Assembly (NCBI RefSeq): GCF_964355755.1
Contig: NC_092678.1
Location: 5,224,422 to 5,288,421 of the forward strand
Reading direction: 5' to 3'
Source of the DNA: Antedon mediterranea
Lineage: Eukaryota; Animalia; Echinodermata
Length of the DNA stretch: 64,000 nucleotides
The notes under the pieces: model-generated
What the model was told of the DNA's origin: nothing
Seen by the model: only the letters and a program-made list of their open reading frames with translations
The model's database searches: none
Made by a program: the position numbers and the translations under genes
Shown: positions 1 through 13,157 of the stretch, piece by piece
Layout: every line of letters starts with the position of its first letter
Numbering within the stretch: position 1 is the stretch's first letter

Positions 1-241
1 GGTAAAATAAGATTTTTTTATATCTGTAAAAGTTGCATACGTTGAGATTGCAATCATTAGCTGATTGAAAACGTGATGACAAATAAATTGCAAAAAGTGT
101 TGATTGAAAAGTTTAGACATTAATGAATAATTACAAACTATAAACTCAAATGCAATTACAGCTCCTAATATACATATATTTAAAAAAATGATAAATGACC
201 AAAGATAAAATATACTTGAAACTCTATATTTTTTCATGAAA

Positions 242-275
<34 letters not shown>

Positions 276-402
276 TACTGTAATTGATAACTTGTGTAAT
301 AGTATAAATAGTTTTGTAGTAAGTAACGGCCTTGTGAAAAACACCAATATGGTGATTCAAGTGTTGCATCCGTTTTTAAATAAAGTTGTTATATTATTAT
401 TA

Positions 403-500
403 TGGGGTAATCGATCATTTACTTTTGCAGCTCCATTCCTTTGGAACCAACTTCCCAATCATGTTAAATCTGTATTCATTGAACTCCTTAAGGTTAAGAC
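403..500 (+). mobile_element. 3' remnant of an L2/CR1-group LINE ORF2
   Basis: Translates WGNRSFTFAAPFLWNQLPNHVKS, matching the L2/Crack C-terminal pattern G.RAFS.AAP.LWN.LP. Confidence 0.6.
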
Positions 501-844
501 CTTTACCATCAACTTGGCGTTGACTTTACTACATGATTTCATTCATTGCATTGTTCTCTCAATGTCGTGAGGTAATTTCCCGATTGATCGTAATCAAAAC
601 GGTACTGGGTTTGGTCTACTAGCGTTCCTGCTCCCAACTAGTACATCCATTCATAGAAGCTTTAATTAAGTAAGCCTACCTGGTGGTAACCATAGAACGG
701 TTCTGAGATAATGACTATACTTCGGCTTTAGTCGATAGAAGATTGAAAAAATTGTTAGAGATAGAGTATACGATGTTTGATTATGTGTAGATGAATGGAA
801 ACCGGCACAATATAAGATTTCCTTAATATTATTTTATATCTCAG

Positions 845-3800
845 GTTACAAAGCTTGTTGACAATTACCGATCACATGAGTGTGTACTGCACATACCGTC
901 ACATCTGTTCTATCATAACGAGCTTGTTGTGAAAGCTGATGAGTCGATCCGCAATAGATTCAAGTCGTGGGACCAACTGCCAAGCAAGCACAACTTTCCA
1001 ATAATCTTTCATGGAATTCAGGTAAATTTGACAAATCTTCCCTTAAGCTCTGTCTACACTATCAAACTTTAAGTGACAAAAAAAAATTGATGTTCTCATA
1101 TCACTACTATATTTGAACATATCACTACTATATTTGAACATATCACTACCATATTTGGGCACATCACACTATTTTGTCACTTAAAGCTTGATAGTTAAAG
1201 TTTTTTCTTCAAACTAGTTTGATAGTATAGACAGAGCTAATAGAGAAAACAATACAGTCAAATCCCCCAATACCGGACACCTTTGGGCTGGCCAAATATG
1301 TCTGGTTTTATGGAAAATCTGGTATTTGGATGTGTTTTTAATGGTAAAATGTATTTGGGACCTTTTGGACTTAGAAAAGTCTAATTTTGGAACAGTTTCC
1401 AGTTTTCAAAGTGTCTGGTATTGTGAGAGTTGACTGTATTCTTAAGGAGCTTGCCGTAACAAGAGAGTCTTTTAGAGAGCTATTGAAGAGAACAGCTGTA
1501 CAGCATTTAAAAATGTCTCTTGTGAGTTTAAGAAAACAATGCCAAACCGTTTGTCTGCATAACTTTTTTCTATATTGCCTTCAATTTCTGTAGGGTGAAG
1601 AACTTCAAGAGGGCAACAGCCCATCGTGGTTCAATGCTGCAGAAGCAGTTCAAACCCTCAAGTATGTACAAGCCTTATTACATCACTCTGAGCAGATGGT
1701 TGAAGCACAGGACTGTGGCATCATTACACCATACAGGAAACAGGTGAGAACAAGTTATTTTTTTACTTAGAAATTGGTGGTCCTTAAGTCTGACAAAGAG
1801 GCATTGGAAGAGTGGCTTATTAATTGGAGATAATTTTGTCGAATTTGTCACTACTAGTGACTTCTATACAGATTCCTGGGATTTTTGGAATGTACAGTAA
1901 AGTGTTTTTCTTAAAATAATTGAGGATTTGCTCCTCTATATCTGTATACTGTATTGGCAACTCTTCCTTTCCTTCAGGTTGAAAAAATAAGACTTTTACT
2001 AACAAGTGTAGGAATTGATGACATCAAAGTAGGCTCTGTGGAGGAGTTCCAAGGACAAGAGAAACCTGTCATTATCATTTCAACTGTAAGTTGACATTTT
2101 GTATTAATAAAGTAATATCCAAATAATAAGAATTAATTGATTTGAATCATTTTATGAATATTGGATTTTAGAAATACTGTATTGTTATAAGCATTTGTTT
2201 TTTTTTTATTAGGTTCGATCTGGTGAAGATTATATTGGATTTGACCTTCGACACAAGCTTGGTTTTCTTAGCAACCCAAAGCGTTTCAATGTCTCTGTGA
2301 CCCGTGCCCAAGCTCTTTTGGTTATAGTAGGGAATCCACACGTCTTGGCGAAGGTCCTGTCATTTTCAAGCTTTTCTTAACTATAGAAATTGATTTAGGA
2401 ATAAATAATTTAGACTTTGTAAACAACACAATTGATAATTTACAGAATGTTTCTATTTTTAAACAATTTGAATGTAATTATGTTTTGTTACTAGGATCCA
2501 AAGTGGTTGGCAATGTTGACTTATTGCATTAAGAACGATGCTTATGTTGGATGTCAGCTACCAGATCTTGAAAGACGAGATGAAATGGAACTTATCAAAC
2601 TTGAACAATCTTTTTATGACATTCCGCAACCAGAGGAATCAGTAGAGAAACGAGAAGAGATGGAGAAAAGTGATGGAAAACTTGTTCTGCAACCAGAGGA
2701 ATCAGTAGTGAAACTAGAAAAAGTGGAGAAAAGTGATGGAATACTTGTTCCGCAACCAGAGGAATCAGTAGCAAAACTAGAAAAAGTGGAGAAAAGTGAT
2801 GGAATACTTGTGCCGCAACCAGAGGAATCAGTAGCAAAACTAGAAAAAGTGGAGAAAAGTGATGGAATACTTGTGCCGCAACCAGAGAAATCAGTAGCGA
2901 AACTAGAAAAGGTGGAGAAAAGTGATGGAATACTTGAAGTTGGTCAGTTGAATGCAGAAATGTCACAAACCAATGGGGATTTGACACAATCAGAAAGTAA
3001 AATGTCAGAAAATGAAGAAGATGATATCAAAAATTCACATAAGAGTTTGTCAAACTTTTTGAAGGATTTAGGAATAATTGAGAACAGTTCTGAATCTACT
3101 ACTGTTACTGAAACTTCGATTGATATTGATACTGGAAAAACATTGCAAAATAATACTACAAAGAATAATATAAAAGATAGTGATTCTGAAAAGCACCACC
3201 ACCTTAATTCAGAACCAAGCTCTTCCAACACTTCAAATGAACTTGATAACGAGAAAGAAAAGCAATCTGATGTTCTTTTTGTTGGTCCCATTAATGTATC
3301 AGATCAGAAAGTTGCTAGAGATGTTGTTGCTTCAGAAGGTCAGATAAATGGACAACACAAGGAAATGGTGACAGTAGATGAAAACAGCCAAATGTCACCA
3401 AAGTCTGCATCAAAAGTTCAAGGTTTTAAGCTGGAGGTTGGTTCATGAGGAATCTAATAATGAATGGTTTGTTTTCACATCATTGACTAACAACACTAAC
3501 AGACATCGTATTTTACTTGTTCTATTAACTCTAACAATAATAGGGAGCTAATACAATTTGCGACAACCTACAAGGAAATACGTTATTATTTATTTTGCAA
3601 ATGCTCGGACATCAGGACATGCTTCATGGAGACTAGGCAACAACACAATAATAATGTACGGTAGTTCTTTGCAAATTGAAAGTTGCACTATTTTAATAAA
3701 TATTGCTTTTAATGACTTGTCTGCCATTATTTCTAACAGAACAACAAATATTTACACAAGGCAAATAACTTCTTCTTCATTCTTTAATAGGATGTCGATG

Positions 3801-5149
3801 TTCAGGGCTGGAAGAAAGTCAAAGAGGAGTCCGATAGTTTGGCTTGTTGCAGGACTGATGGTTTTGATGCAGTAGGCAAGCAAGTTGGAAGGCCGGTGAC
3901 GAAAATTTATGGTGATAATGAAGAAGCTTATGATAGTAAATCTGTAAAACTTAACCACCAGAAAGTACATGATGCTCCGATAACCACTGAACATGTTGAA
4001 GCTGAACAACAGATCAAGGAGTATATGACTACGACACTTCATGCGCAGACAAGAGATTTAATGTCTTTTGCAAATAATGCAGACATCATCGCACCTGCTG
4101 CAGACAATCATGTTGAGACAAGGGACTTGATAACTTTTGAAAATGTATCTACTGAAGCTGTGCCAGTCACTAATCTAAAAAGCATCATAGGTGACATGGA
4201 TGGAAGTTCTGTTGACCATCATCAGGTTTCTGTTGACCCTCTTTTAGTTTCTGTTGACCCTCTTTTGGTTCCATTAATTCAAATTCCTCAGTTAGATGAC
4301 CGATCTTCTGATGTCAGAATTTGCAGCGATACTTCAATTCAAAATTGGATTACCGATGATAAATCTGATGAAAGTTCCAGCAAAATTAATCTTTGTTCAA
4401 CTGATGATTCTGGTAGTATTTACCTTGGCAACAACAAAGAACCATCTGAAAGTTGTGTGAAGGAAGATTTAAAACTTCTTACCTACTTTACTTCCACACC
4501 GCTTTTTCCAAAATGTACAGAAAATTTGCTTGGATTTGATTCAGAAAACAATGTCAATGGAAGTGCAGTTGATGTAATTTGTGATTTAGACCAATCCTGT
4601 AATGCTTGCAGTTATGATTCTAGCTTACAGTTGTCTGACATCCAATATACCGATTCTTCTTCTTCCCAACAACAGATCGAAGAGATCTCAACCGCTGTTG
4701 GTGATCTCCAACTAAGTGTTGAGACATCTTGTAGCACCTCTGAAACTAACACCAGTAACAGCATAGAATGCTCGTTATTCCCTCCAAGTTCCTTTGTTTG
4801 TGGTGCTGTTTGGCCAAACTCTGACATGAGAAGATTGTCCGATAAGAATGATCACCTTTACATAGATGAACAAAATAACCAGTTATCAACGAATACACCT
4901 TTATTTGGTGGAAGAGAGGTTGAGGAGGCATGTTCAAGAAAACAATTCATTGAACTGATAAAAGAGGAAACAACAGTACCAATTGAAAACGATGATATGC
5001 CAGATTGGGAATGTTTGGTTACAGAAAGAGAAAACGTACCTAAAGATTTTTGCTTGCATGATGATGATGGGCCACCTCCGCTAATTGATCTGGAGTTAGA
5101 AGATGACGACGGCCCACCTCCTCTGCTCTGGGTGAATGATATATCTTGA
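845..5149 (+). CDS. MOV10L1: MOV10L1/Armitage-like UPF1-superfamily RNA helicase, 3' part (5' exons lie outside the window), with a long acidic C-terminal extension
   Basis: GT-AG exons, all phase 0: 845-1021, 1594-1743, 1978-2085, 2213-2353, 2495-3436, 3791-5149. Translation includes [126 protein letters not shown], the SF1 helicase C-terminal motifs. SPSWFN.AEAVQ and GNPHVL favour MOV10L1 over MOV10. The 3436/3791 join is inferred from frame and splice consensus. Confidence 0.85.
1046..1238. mobile_element. MITE, PIF/Harbinger-like, with internal ~21-bp repeats
   Basis: TIRs AGCTCTGTCTACACTATCAAACT / AGTTTGATAGTATAGACAGAGCT, TTA on the left flank. Same family at 28447-28701 and a partial copy near 55905-55975. 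Confidence 0.75.
1255..1436. mobile_element. Tc1/mariner (pogo/Tigger-like) MITE
   Basis: TA|CAGTCAAATCCCCCAATACCGGACAC ... GTGTCTGGTATTGTGAGAGTTGACTG|TA: imperfect TIRs with a TA target duplication. Confidence 0.7.
2624..2938 (+). repeat. Coding tandem repeat, 5 x 63 bp ([21 protein letters not shown]), in the helicase tail
   Basis: 63-bp period visible directly (e.g. 2750 vs 2813). Confidence 0.9.
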
Positions 5150-5980
5150 ATAATGAGACGCCCATCTCTCATGAGTCTCGTTCTATATGTGTGATAAAGA
5201 TTAAACATTACACAGTGATGCAATCCCTAAAATGTTTGTTTATGTGGTGTTGTCCTTTTGGAAGTTTAAAAAAAGTTTGAAAGAATTTATTTTAAAAAAT
5301 ATTTTCAGTTTCAGTTTCTTACTGGCAGTTGGTCAGTTGGTTTATCTATAAAAATAATACAGTATTTTCTATTTTTTGTTCAAGAACTATGAGTTGGTTC
5401 ATTTGTTGAAGTAGTTTCCAAAGCTTAATGTATCCTGTAAAACTTACTTGATGTCACCTGCATGTTTTAGACACATTAAAAAAAAGAACTTATAAATGGA
5501 GTATTGGACAAACAATTTTAATACTGTATGTACGTGTGTGCTAAAAATGAATGAAAAAAAAAATCACTTTAGTATTTTTCAATTTCCAAAAAAAGATATT
5601 AAGCAATGTATTTGTTCTGTTTACCTTGAATGTGTTCGCCATGTATAGCAAAAGTTTAATAAAATAGTTATATTGTTTTCAATCATTGTTTAAACTGAGT
5701 CCTAAAAATGTTGCTAATGTTGACACAATTTTCACGGAAAGCATGTTTTAGAAACAATTAAAAAAGTGGTTACATTTAAAAACACTCTAAAAACAGTATA
5801 ATAACAACAAAAAACAGCATAACATTTAATAAAGATTCCCCCAGATAAGAGAGGGCGTTTTCAAATGTTTTAGTTTAGCGCCCTCTCTGGTTTGGCGCTG
5901 TTATTGTGATGCGACGTTTTTTTCCCACGTGTTGACGCTGCTGCTGTGTTGTTCACACTGTTTTTGCGCACTACACAAAA

Positions 5981-8601
5981 ATGGCCGTTAGTCAACAACT
6001 TGCCGGTAGATTGGCCCTTGTTACTGGTAAGCAACAATGCATTAGTTAGTTAGTTAACAATGAAGGATCATGAAAAACATTTGCACATTATTATAATAAT
6101 ATAAAAAGGAAGGTAAGGCTAGGCTAAAATAAAAATGCTCCAGGCCAGCAGCAGGCCTGGTGGTGGTCACGCGAGGTTTCCTAGCTCTATGCCTAGGCCC
6201 TAGGCCTAGTTAGTATGCTACTAGGCAGGCTAACACCAGGGTAGGCCCCTCCCTAGCTAGCTACCACCAGTATTGTAGGTTAGATAGTAGATCGTTAGCT
6301 CTCGCTTAGCATACACTTTGGTCTAACTAAATTGTACAACAATTAATTATTTATTAAGATTGTAATAAATTAAATTACAAATTCAATACTAATAATACTT
6401 AATAGCCTATAGGGCCTATTTATTAGTATTTCGCATTTTATTTTTTTTTTGGTCGTGATAAAATCAACTTCCAGTGACGTGTTCTGTATGGACCACTGGT
6501 TGCTACAATAAACAATTGCAATTGCTAAATTTATTCTCATTTGCTTTGCAGGTGGTGGTAGAGGAATAGGCAAATCAATTTGTGAACTATTTGCCAGAAA
6601 TGGGGCAAGCGTTGTAGTGGCAGACATCAGTATTGATAACGCTTCAAGTGTAGCCAATAACCTGGCAACAGATTCAGGAAAAGACATCAAGCATCACAGT
6701 TACAAAGTAGATGTTGGTGATGCAAATTCTGTAAAACAAATGGTGAAAGAGGCTAGAGAATTATACAGCCGTGCACCTTGTATTGCAGTTAACTCAGCTG
6801 GAATCACCAAGGATGGCTTTATGGTGGCTATGGAGGAGTCTAGCTTTGATGATGTCATAAGGGTAAACCTAAAGGTATGATGGGCCAACTATAATTTCAT
6901 AAAGTGAAAACATCAATGAGATAGTTAAGGTTTGAAATAAAAGAAAACAGGGTGGTTGTATATTTATGATATGGAAACTACAAGTTTATTTTGTTTTAAA
7001 TGTCTCAATTGTTCTATGGCGCCTGTAGATAGAAGTAGAGGCCTATGGTTCTATGGCTGTGTTCGCACGTAAAATCAGTTACACTTTACATGTGTAATCA
7101 GTGATCGTTCGGACGATGAACAATTTACACGTGTAAACTAACAACAACAAAAAACCCCATCTCTTTACATTATTAGGGTGGAATTTCTCTTTATCTTGCA
7201 GTTAATCCGCTTGTGGTTTAAGGTGTAAATCCACCTCATAAGGTGGATTTTTGAAACAGCAAGTTTATCTCAAAATGTACACCACACGCGACCATTACAC
7301 TGTAAATTTGTTCCGTCCGAACGGGCTCTATGTCACATGTAGCCTAAAGTACTATAATACCTATAGTAGGAAACTCGTAACTACTGTATCATAGTATATA
7401 ATTTATTATACTTGCTTTTTTTCAGGGCACGTATCTTGTAACCCAAGCAATCAGCTACGCAATGTTAGATGACGGCATTCAGAACGGATCAATAATAAAC
7501 CTTGGCAGTATCGCAGGGAAGGTTGGCAATATAGGACAGTGTAATTACGCCGCATCAAAGGCCGGAGTTGAAGGACTTACAAAAACAGCGGCCAAGGAAC
7601 TTGCAATGTAATACTTTATCCCTTCACTAATAAAATAAATTTCTAATTTTTTCTTTAAAATAATACTTATATTACTAGTTATACTATAATACTAGTATTT
7701 TTATTATTATTATTATTTCGGTATTATTTTTATATTTTCATCTCTGCAGGCATGGAATTCGTTGTAATACAGTTCTACCTGGGTTTATACGTACACCAAT
7801 GACGGAAACCGTACCAGAAAAAGTGATATCAATGGTCAGCATCATCTCTATGTATTCATATATTTAGGCTATAAACTGTGTAAAAAAAACTCCACAAATG
7901 TATTACGTTTAACAGTTGAATTTAAGGTGCATGGACCACCTAGTACACAGCTCACAATATTCAATTAACTATTAAAGCAAGGTCTTGAGGCCATTCTATT
8001 GTCACCACTAACTAAATAGGCTTTTTTCATGAGTGCTTCTATGAATTTGGTTTATGAGTAGGAACGCTATTAGGCCAAACCCAGCACTGGTTTCATTTTT
8101 CAGATTCAGTCAGTATGTCTTTCTGCTACACCGTATACAGTATATACGTATAACACTTGTACTTTGTTTTAACAGATGAAAAAGTTGATACCAGCTGGTC
8201 GAGCGGGAGAACCCGAAGAGGTTGCGGAGGCCTGCCTCTTCTTAGCATCAAACCAGAGTAGTTATATTACAGGCACAACTATTGAAGTAACAGGTCAGTA
8301 TTGATACTATAACCAAATATGCAAGGGAGCAGATATACAGTATTGTGTGTGCATGTACCTTCATAAGGTTTATCGCAAATAGCTTGCACAATGCATGATG
8401 GGAAGGGTTTGGGAGCAAACGTCACGACGCGTACGTGCAAACAACAAATCACGTACGTACGCGTTGTGACGTTTGCTCCCAAATCCTTCCCATCATGCAT
8501 TGTGCAAGCTATTTGCGATAAACCTTATTGTACCTCTCTAATATAATAAGCTTTGTTTGTAACATTTACTTGCTATTTTCACAGGAGGCCTATTTGCATG
8601 A
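5981..8601 (+). CDS. HSD17B8: HSD17B8-like SDR ((3R)-3-hydroxyacyl-CoA dehydrogenase / estradiol 17-beta-dehydrogenase 8), 256 aa, complete
   Basis: Exons 5981-6026, 6552-6874, 7426-7607, 7750-7834, 8176-8293, 8585-8601 (771 nt). Motifs: [47 protein letters not shown] (YxxxK), [31 protein letters not shown]. Confidence 0.92.
7053..7328. mobile_element. Degenerate Harbinger-like MITE in HSD17B8 intron 2
   Basis: Ends GGCTGTGTTCGCACG / CGTCCGAACGGGCTC form imperfect inverted repeats. Confidence 0.45.
8363..8528. mobile_element. Palindromic (foldback) MITE in HSD17B8 intron 5
   Basis: ~75-bp arms ATAAGGTTTATCGCAAATAGCTTGCACAATGCATGATGGGAAGG... and their reverse complement. A second family member with the same termini is at 32917-33043. 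Confidence 0.85.
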
Positions 8602-9830
8602 GGATTAGAAAAATGAAGAACAGAATACGTCTAATGGAATAACAAAATGATCCTACAAAGTGGAGTGAACAGAAAGTGACACGGACAAATATATATTTAA
8701 TAATATTATTCCGATCGGAAAAATATTTTATCATTCTTATCTGAAATATATATCATCTAAAATAAATTATTTTTAATGAAAGAAATTTGTATAATATACA
8801 TATTTTTTGGTCTATAAAATGGTTTCATTCATAATTAATTGTTGTTATTAATATTTAAATTATACTTTGTTCATTTTAAGATTGTATTCTATGATATTTT
8901 GTTCCTCCTCTGTGTTCTGTCAAATGGCCACCTGTTTTATCGATATTCAATTTCTTTCCACAAAGTTCACATTCATAAGCTTTTGTCCATGTGTATTATA
9001 TCATATGTGTATTATCATATGTGTATTTAGTTTGTAATTAAAATAAAACTGAAGTTATTTGCACACTCATGTCATTCAATTCATATCGTTTCTTTTTAGT
9101 GTGCATCACTATCATATGAGATTAGATACTTTTTTCAAATCTCTTTATCACAAAATTCACATTAAATAAGTAATTTAGATACCCAATACGTATAAAGTTG
9201 ATCCCACAATACTCAGAAACGAATGCTGCCTCTCCTGAATGCACTCTCAATCCGTTTTACTTAAACAAAATCCAATCTGTAGTTTTTAAATTATTTTTAA
9301 AGAGAAAATAGTATTCATAGCTGTATTTATTTTATGTCGAAACTGGCGTCCCATATTATTTGAAAGTGCGCCCCCAAGTTACAAAGATGAAAGGGGAATT
9401 TCCCTTTCACCCTCGTGTGACGACGAAGTAAACAATCGGTAAGATTAATTTATTGTAATTTGTCAATAATACCATAATTTAAGTACAGTCAATTATGAAC
9501 AACTTCTTTGCCACAATATCCGCGTATTATTGTTTGATACTCCTTCTCGTTAAACTAGGCTCTACTGCAGCGAGCCGAAATAACATTCAGTTTCTAGAGG
9601 CTAGGCCCTCAAAAGTCAATAATAGGAATATAGACCTGGCACGATGATGCATGTGTGCCTGGCTATTTACGGTTTTGATACTACAGCAGGCCTAAATTTG
9701 GCAGACACTGTCGTAATGTGTGTGTTTCAGCAGCCTACACAAAGGTATGCTACAGTAAGACTTTGCATATTCGGACATAACATAAGCATAAGATTTTATA
9801 GAATTCACTTTTAAAATGTAGGAATAATCA

Positions 9831-11526
9831 ATGATGGCAGATGAGGGCGATGCGTCGTCAGCAATGCCAGCAGTGTCACAGAAAGTTTTTGAGTACGAAC
9901 ACTTTGTGAATGAAGTGTTGAGGAAAGATCTACAGTAAGTAACTGTAATAATGGATTGGTTGACATTTTGGAATTTGGGAGAGGCGATAGATAGTTTTTT
10001 TTAGGTTTACGACGATGTTGAAAACATGTAGACTTTATTGCATTTTTAACATTTGTATTTTAAATGTGTGAAATATCATTATGCTTCTACCTCGAGCGGT
10101 TTTTGAAATAAATAAATATAGATTCTTAACTTATTCAAGAATTATGTTCTATGTAATTATTAAATCGTTTTTCAACAATTCACAGAAAAGTATTGGAAAA
10201 TAGGGAAGGCCTGTTTACTCAAGTAGCCCAGTATCTACAACTGAAGACGGTCATTGAAAAAATCAAGGTAAATTCAAACCAAAAAGAAGCTGCAAGTTGT
10301 ACATTTTATATCGGTACTAAAAGGAGGTATTTTAACAACAATTCAGTCCTTATTCTGTTTTTTTTCAGGACAATGTGTCTGATTCTGACTTAAAAACCCA
10401 GGTGGATTTAGGATGCAATTTTTATGTTCAAGCTAAAGTGTAAGTTTTTTTTCTGTGTCAATTATTATTTTTGTACAATTTTCATGTTCAATATTGGGCT
10501 AAAACTGTACCCTTACACTCAACGCACCAGCCACTCTATAGACCTAATAATATAGAATGTTATGAAATGGAATGTGCATTGTACGCCATACTATTTCTCC
10601 TAACCTCTGTATCTACAGTTCCATGATACAGCACCACATGTTTATCTTATGTGATGCTGTATCACGGAATTTGCCTATGGTACTAAATAATGCTATCATA
10701 GTATACACTGTGTAATGTGTATATTGTTAACTACAGACCTGATGCTTCAAAGATCTTTGTTAATGTTGGGTTTGGATTCTTTGTGGAGTTCACTCATCAA
10801 GAAGCATTGACATTTATTGAGGAAAAAGTTAACCAACTTAACAAGTAAGCCAATATTGAGTAATCACCATCAGTAGGCCTACCATAACCCTGGGTATATT
10901 CTAGAAGGTTCCTGGATATGTTATAGAAGGTCCCTGGATATGTTATAGAAGGTCCCTGGATATGTTATAGAAGGTTCCTGGATATGTTATAGAAGGTTCC
11001 TGGATATATTATAGAAGGTCCCTGGATATGTTATAGAAGGTCCCTGGATATGTTATAGAAGGTCCCTGGATATGTTATAGAAGGTCCCTTGATATAATTA
11101 TTATAGAAGTTTCCTGAATATACCATATAAGCCCCTGGATATACTGTACCATATAAGCTCCCAGAAAAAGAAGTCCCCTCGATATACACCGCAGAAGGCA
11201 ACTCGATATAATAATAATAATAACCACTACATATATTAAAACGGTGTGTTAGATATTTCAAACGAGGCCTTCTTATATCGAAACTAACCTACAGTTTGAA
11301 AGAAAAAATGTAAAAAAGTTTCTCGCATCCTATTCTCGTAGTAGATAGATACAAACACGTTGTAGTGCAATATCTGCACAAGGTAATTTTTCTCTTCAGA
11401 ACATGTGACCAACTCACCAAAGACTCTGCGAAAATTAAAGCTAATATAAAACTGGTGTATGAAGCATTAAAGGAACTGCAACACATCACTGACAGAAAAG
11501 ATGCCGAAAGAACTGTTGTGTTTTGA
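9831..11526 (+). CDS. UXT: UXT, prefoldin-alpha-like PAQosome/URI-complex subunit, 163 aa, complete
   Basis: Exons 9831-9934, 10186-10267, 10369-10439, 10737-10844, 11400-11526 (492 nt). Translation [103 protein letters not shown]. Confidence 0.93.
10890..11095. repeat. 22-bp minisatellite (TATAGAAGGTCCCTGGATATGT), about 9 copies, in UXT intron 4
   Basis: Direct tandem copies. Confidence 0.9.
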
Positions 11527-12570
11527 ATACAGTCACTTTAAAATGTCCGAAATCAAAAAATAATTTATGTATTAAAATGTATGGTGACATGCATAAGGAA
11601 GTATTAGCATCTTAACTTTCAATGAAGATAAGAGGAAATAGACTGGGTCTTTGGACTCTTTTATCAATCCATCTTGGGCTTGGTTTTATTTATTTATTTA
11701 TTTATTTGTCCATTTCTTTTATTGGTTCAACTGAGTTTCGATTGACATAACTTGGAGGTGTAATCTTGTTGGCATTTATCAATCATTTGTTAGACTTGTT
11801 TGTTCAAGATAGGCTCTGACCTGAGTGGGGATAATGATAGGTCTATATATAGTCATACCGTATGCGATAGTAGAGTCGGTGAATCTTACTAAACAGTTCT
11901 CCGTTTACGAAAACTTATGCTTTACTTTTATGCAATGACTGACTACGACAATTATTTAAGTGACGTAAGCGCGCCGTAAATAATTTGACAAATCACGACG
12001 CGATAAATCATACAAACTCTCGCTTGTGATTGATCAACTCGCTTGCGTTGTGTCACGTAGTACAATAAGAAGAATAAGAACATGTCCGTAAATGGAACAA
12101 TTAACAATATTCATGCATTTAAAAATCCGCAAATCAAAATTTTTACAAAATTCAAAAAAATTCAAAAACTTTTATTGTCCAATATTCATAAAAAAATAAA
12201 AATTTGATGTTTGACATACTACTAAACACAATGAGCAGTTGAGATCCGTCGCTTGTGATTGGTCAAATTACTTTCTGTGCGTCACAGAGAGTGGGAACTA
12301 TTATAATTATAGATTATGATTAACATTGTTGCGAAATGTAATCATGATGATTTCTATGTAAGTAAATAACGGCTCCATGTCATGTCAATATAGCATTTGT
12401 AGACTGGCGACAATAAAGTTTGTAAGCCTAACAAAAGATAAAAACACATTAGGCCTGGCAACCGAAAGTTATTACGTGATTCAATATTGACAAATCATAT
12501 TTTTGAAGTTTTTGAAACTGATATTGCCCAAGAGAATACTGAAGTTTACTAACGAAAGTGTCGAAAATTA

Positions 12571-12676
12571 AGCTTGGTTCCCACTAAGACTTTGACCTAT
12601 CCCACGCGCCCTGATTGGCCAAATGTCTTGCGTTGCTCTAACATCCTTGCGTTTCGTCCTAGTGGGAACCGAGCTT
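12571..12676. mobile_element. Harbinger-like MITE family AGCTTGGTTCCCACTA...TAGTGGGAACCAAGCT
   Basis: TIRs with TTA/TAA flanks. Relatives, most carrying the core GACCAATCACAAGCGA/TCGCTTGTGATTGGTC, lie near 14470-14790, 18570-18735, 20970-21080, 31300-31507 and 58525-58672. Confidence 0.75.
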
Positions 12677-13157
12677 AAGCGATTTATTACAAATACTGTA
12701 CTCAATATTTGTTGTTCTTATTGTACATTTAGATCCTAAAACCCGTGTCAAACATGACTACTATCTTAAAGATAGAATATTTAGCACTTATATCTGATAT
12801 TTTTTACTAGGCCTATATCTGTTTGGGTGTGTTTGGACCAATCAATTCTATCGCCGCCTACACATCTGGCATTATCAGCCTGTTGGCGCAAAGTCCATGT
12901 TAAATTACAATTATAATGACGTACCATCAACATTCTTGTATCTAAGTGATTCTGTTTTATATATACACATGTTTCTTGTGACTGATTTAGTTCGGTGGTG
13001 TTTGTCATTGTGTAATCATTTACTTGAGATCTTAAGAAATTCTGCTTTTGTTAATTCTAAAGTTGTTACTGGTTTGATTGATATCTGACTTTAGCATTAA
13101 CTTTCTAAAAAAGATCTCATAAATATTTGTTGAGATTTTATTCTACGTATTTCTAAA

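Noticed and set aside
292-570. 92-aa ORF as a gene
   Set aside because: Chance read-through containing a short LINE C-terminal remnant.
2595-3291. Minus-strand hydrophobic ORFs
   Set aside because: Antisense shadows of the Glu/Lys-rich helicase tail exon.
3839-5149. Independent single-exon 436-aa gene
   Set aside because: It starts at TTG, and the frame extends to a good acceptor at 3790/3791 in phase with the 3436 donor, so it fits better as the last helicase exon.
11031-11261. 76-aa Tyr/Gly-rich ORF
   Set aside because: Antisense reading of the decaying 22-bp minisatellite in a UXT intron.
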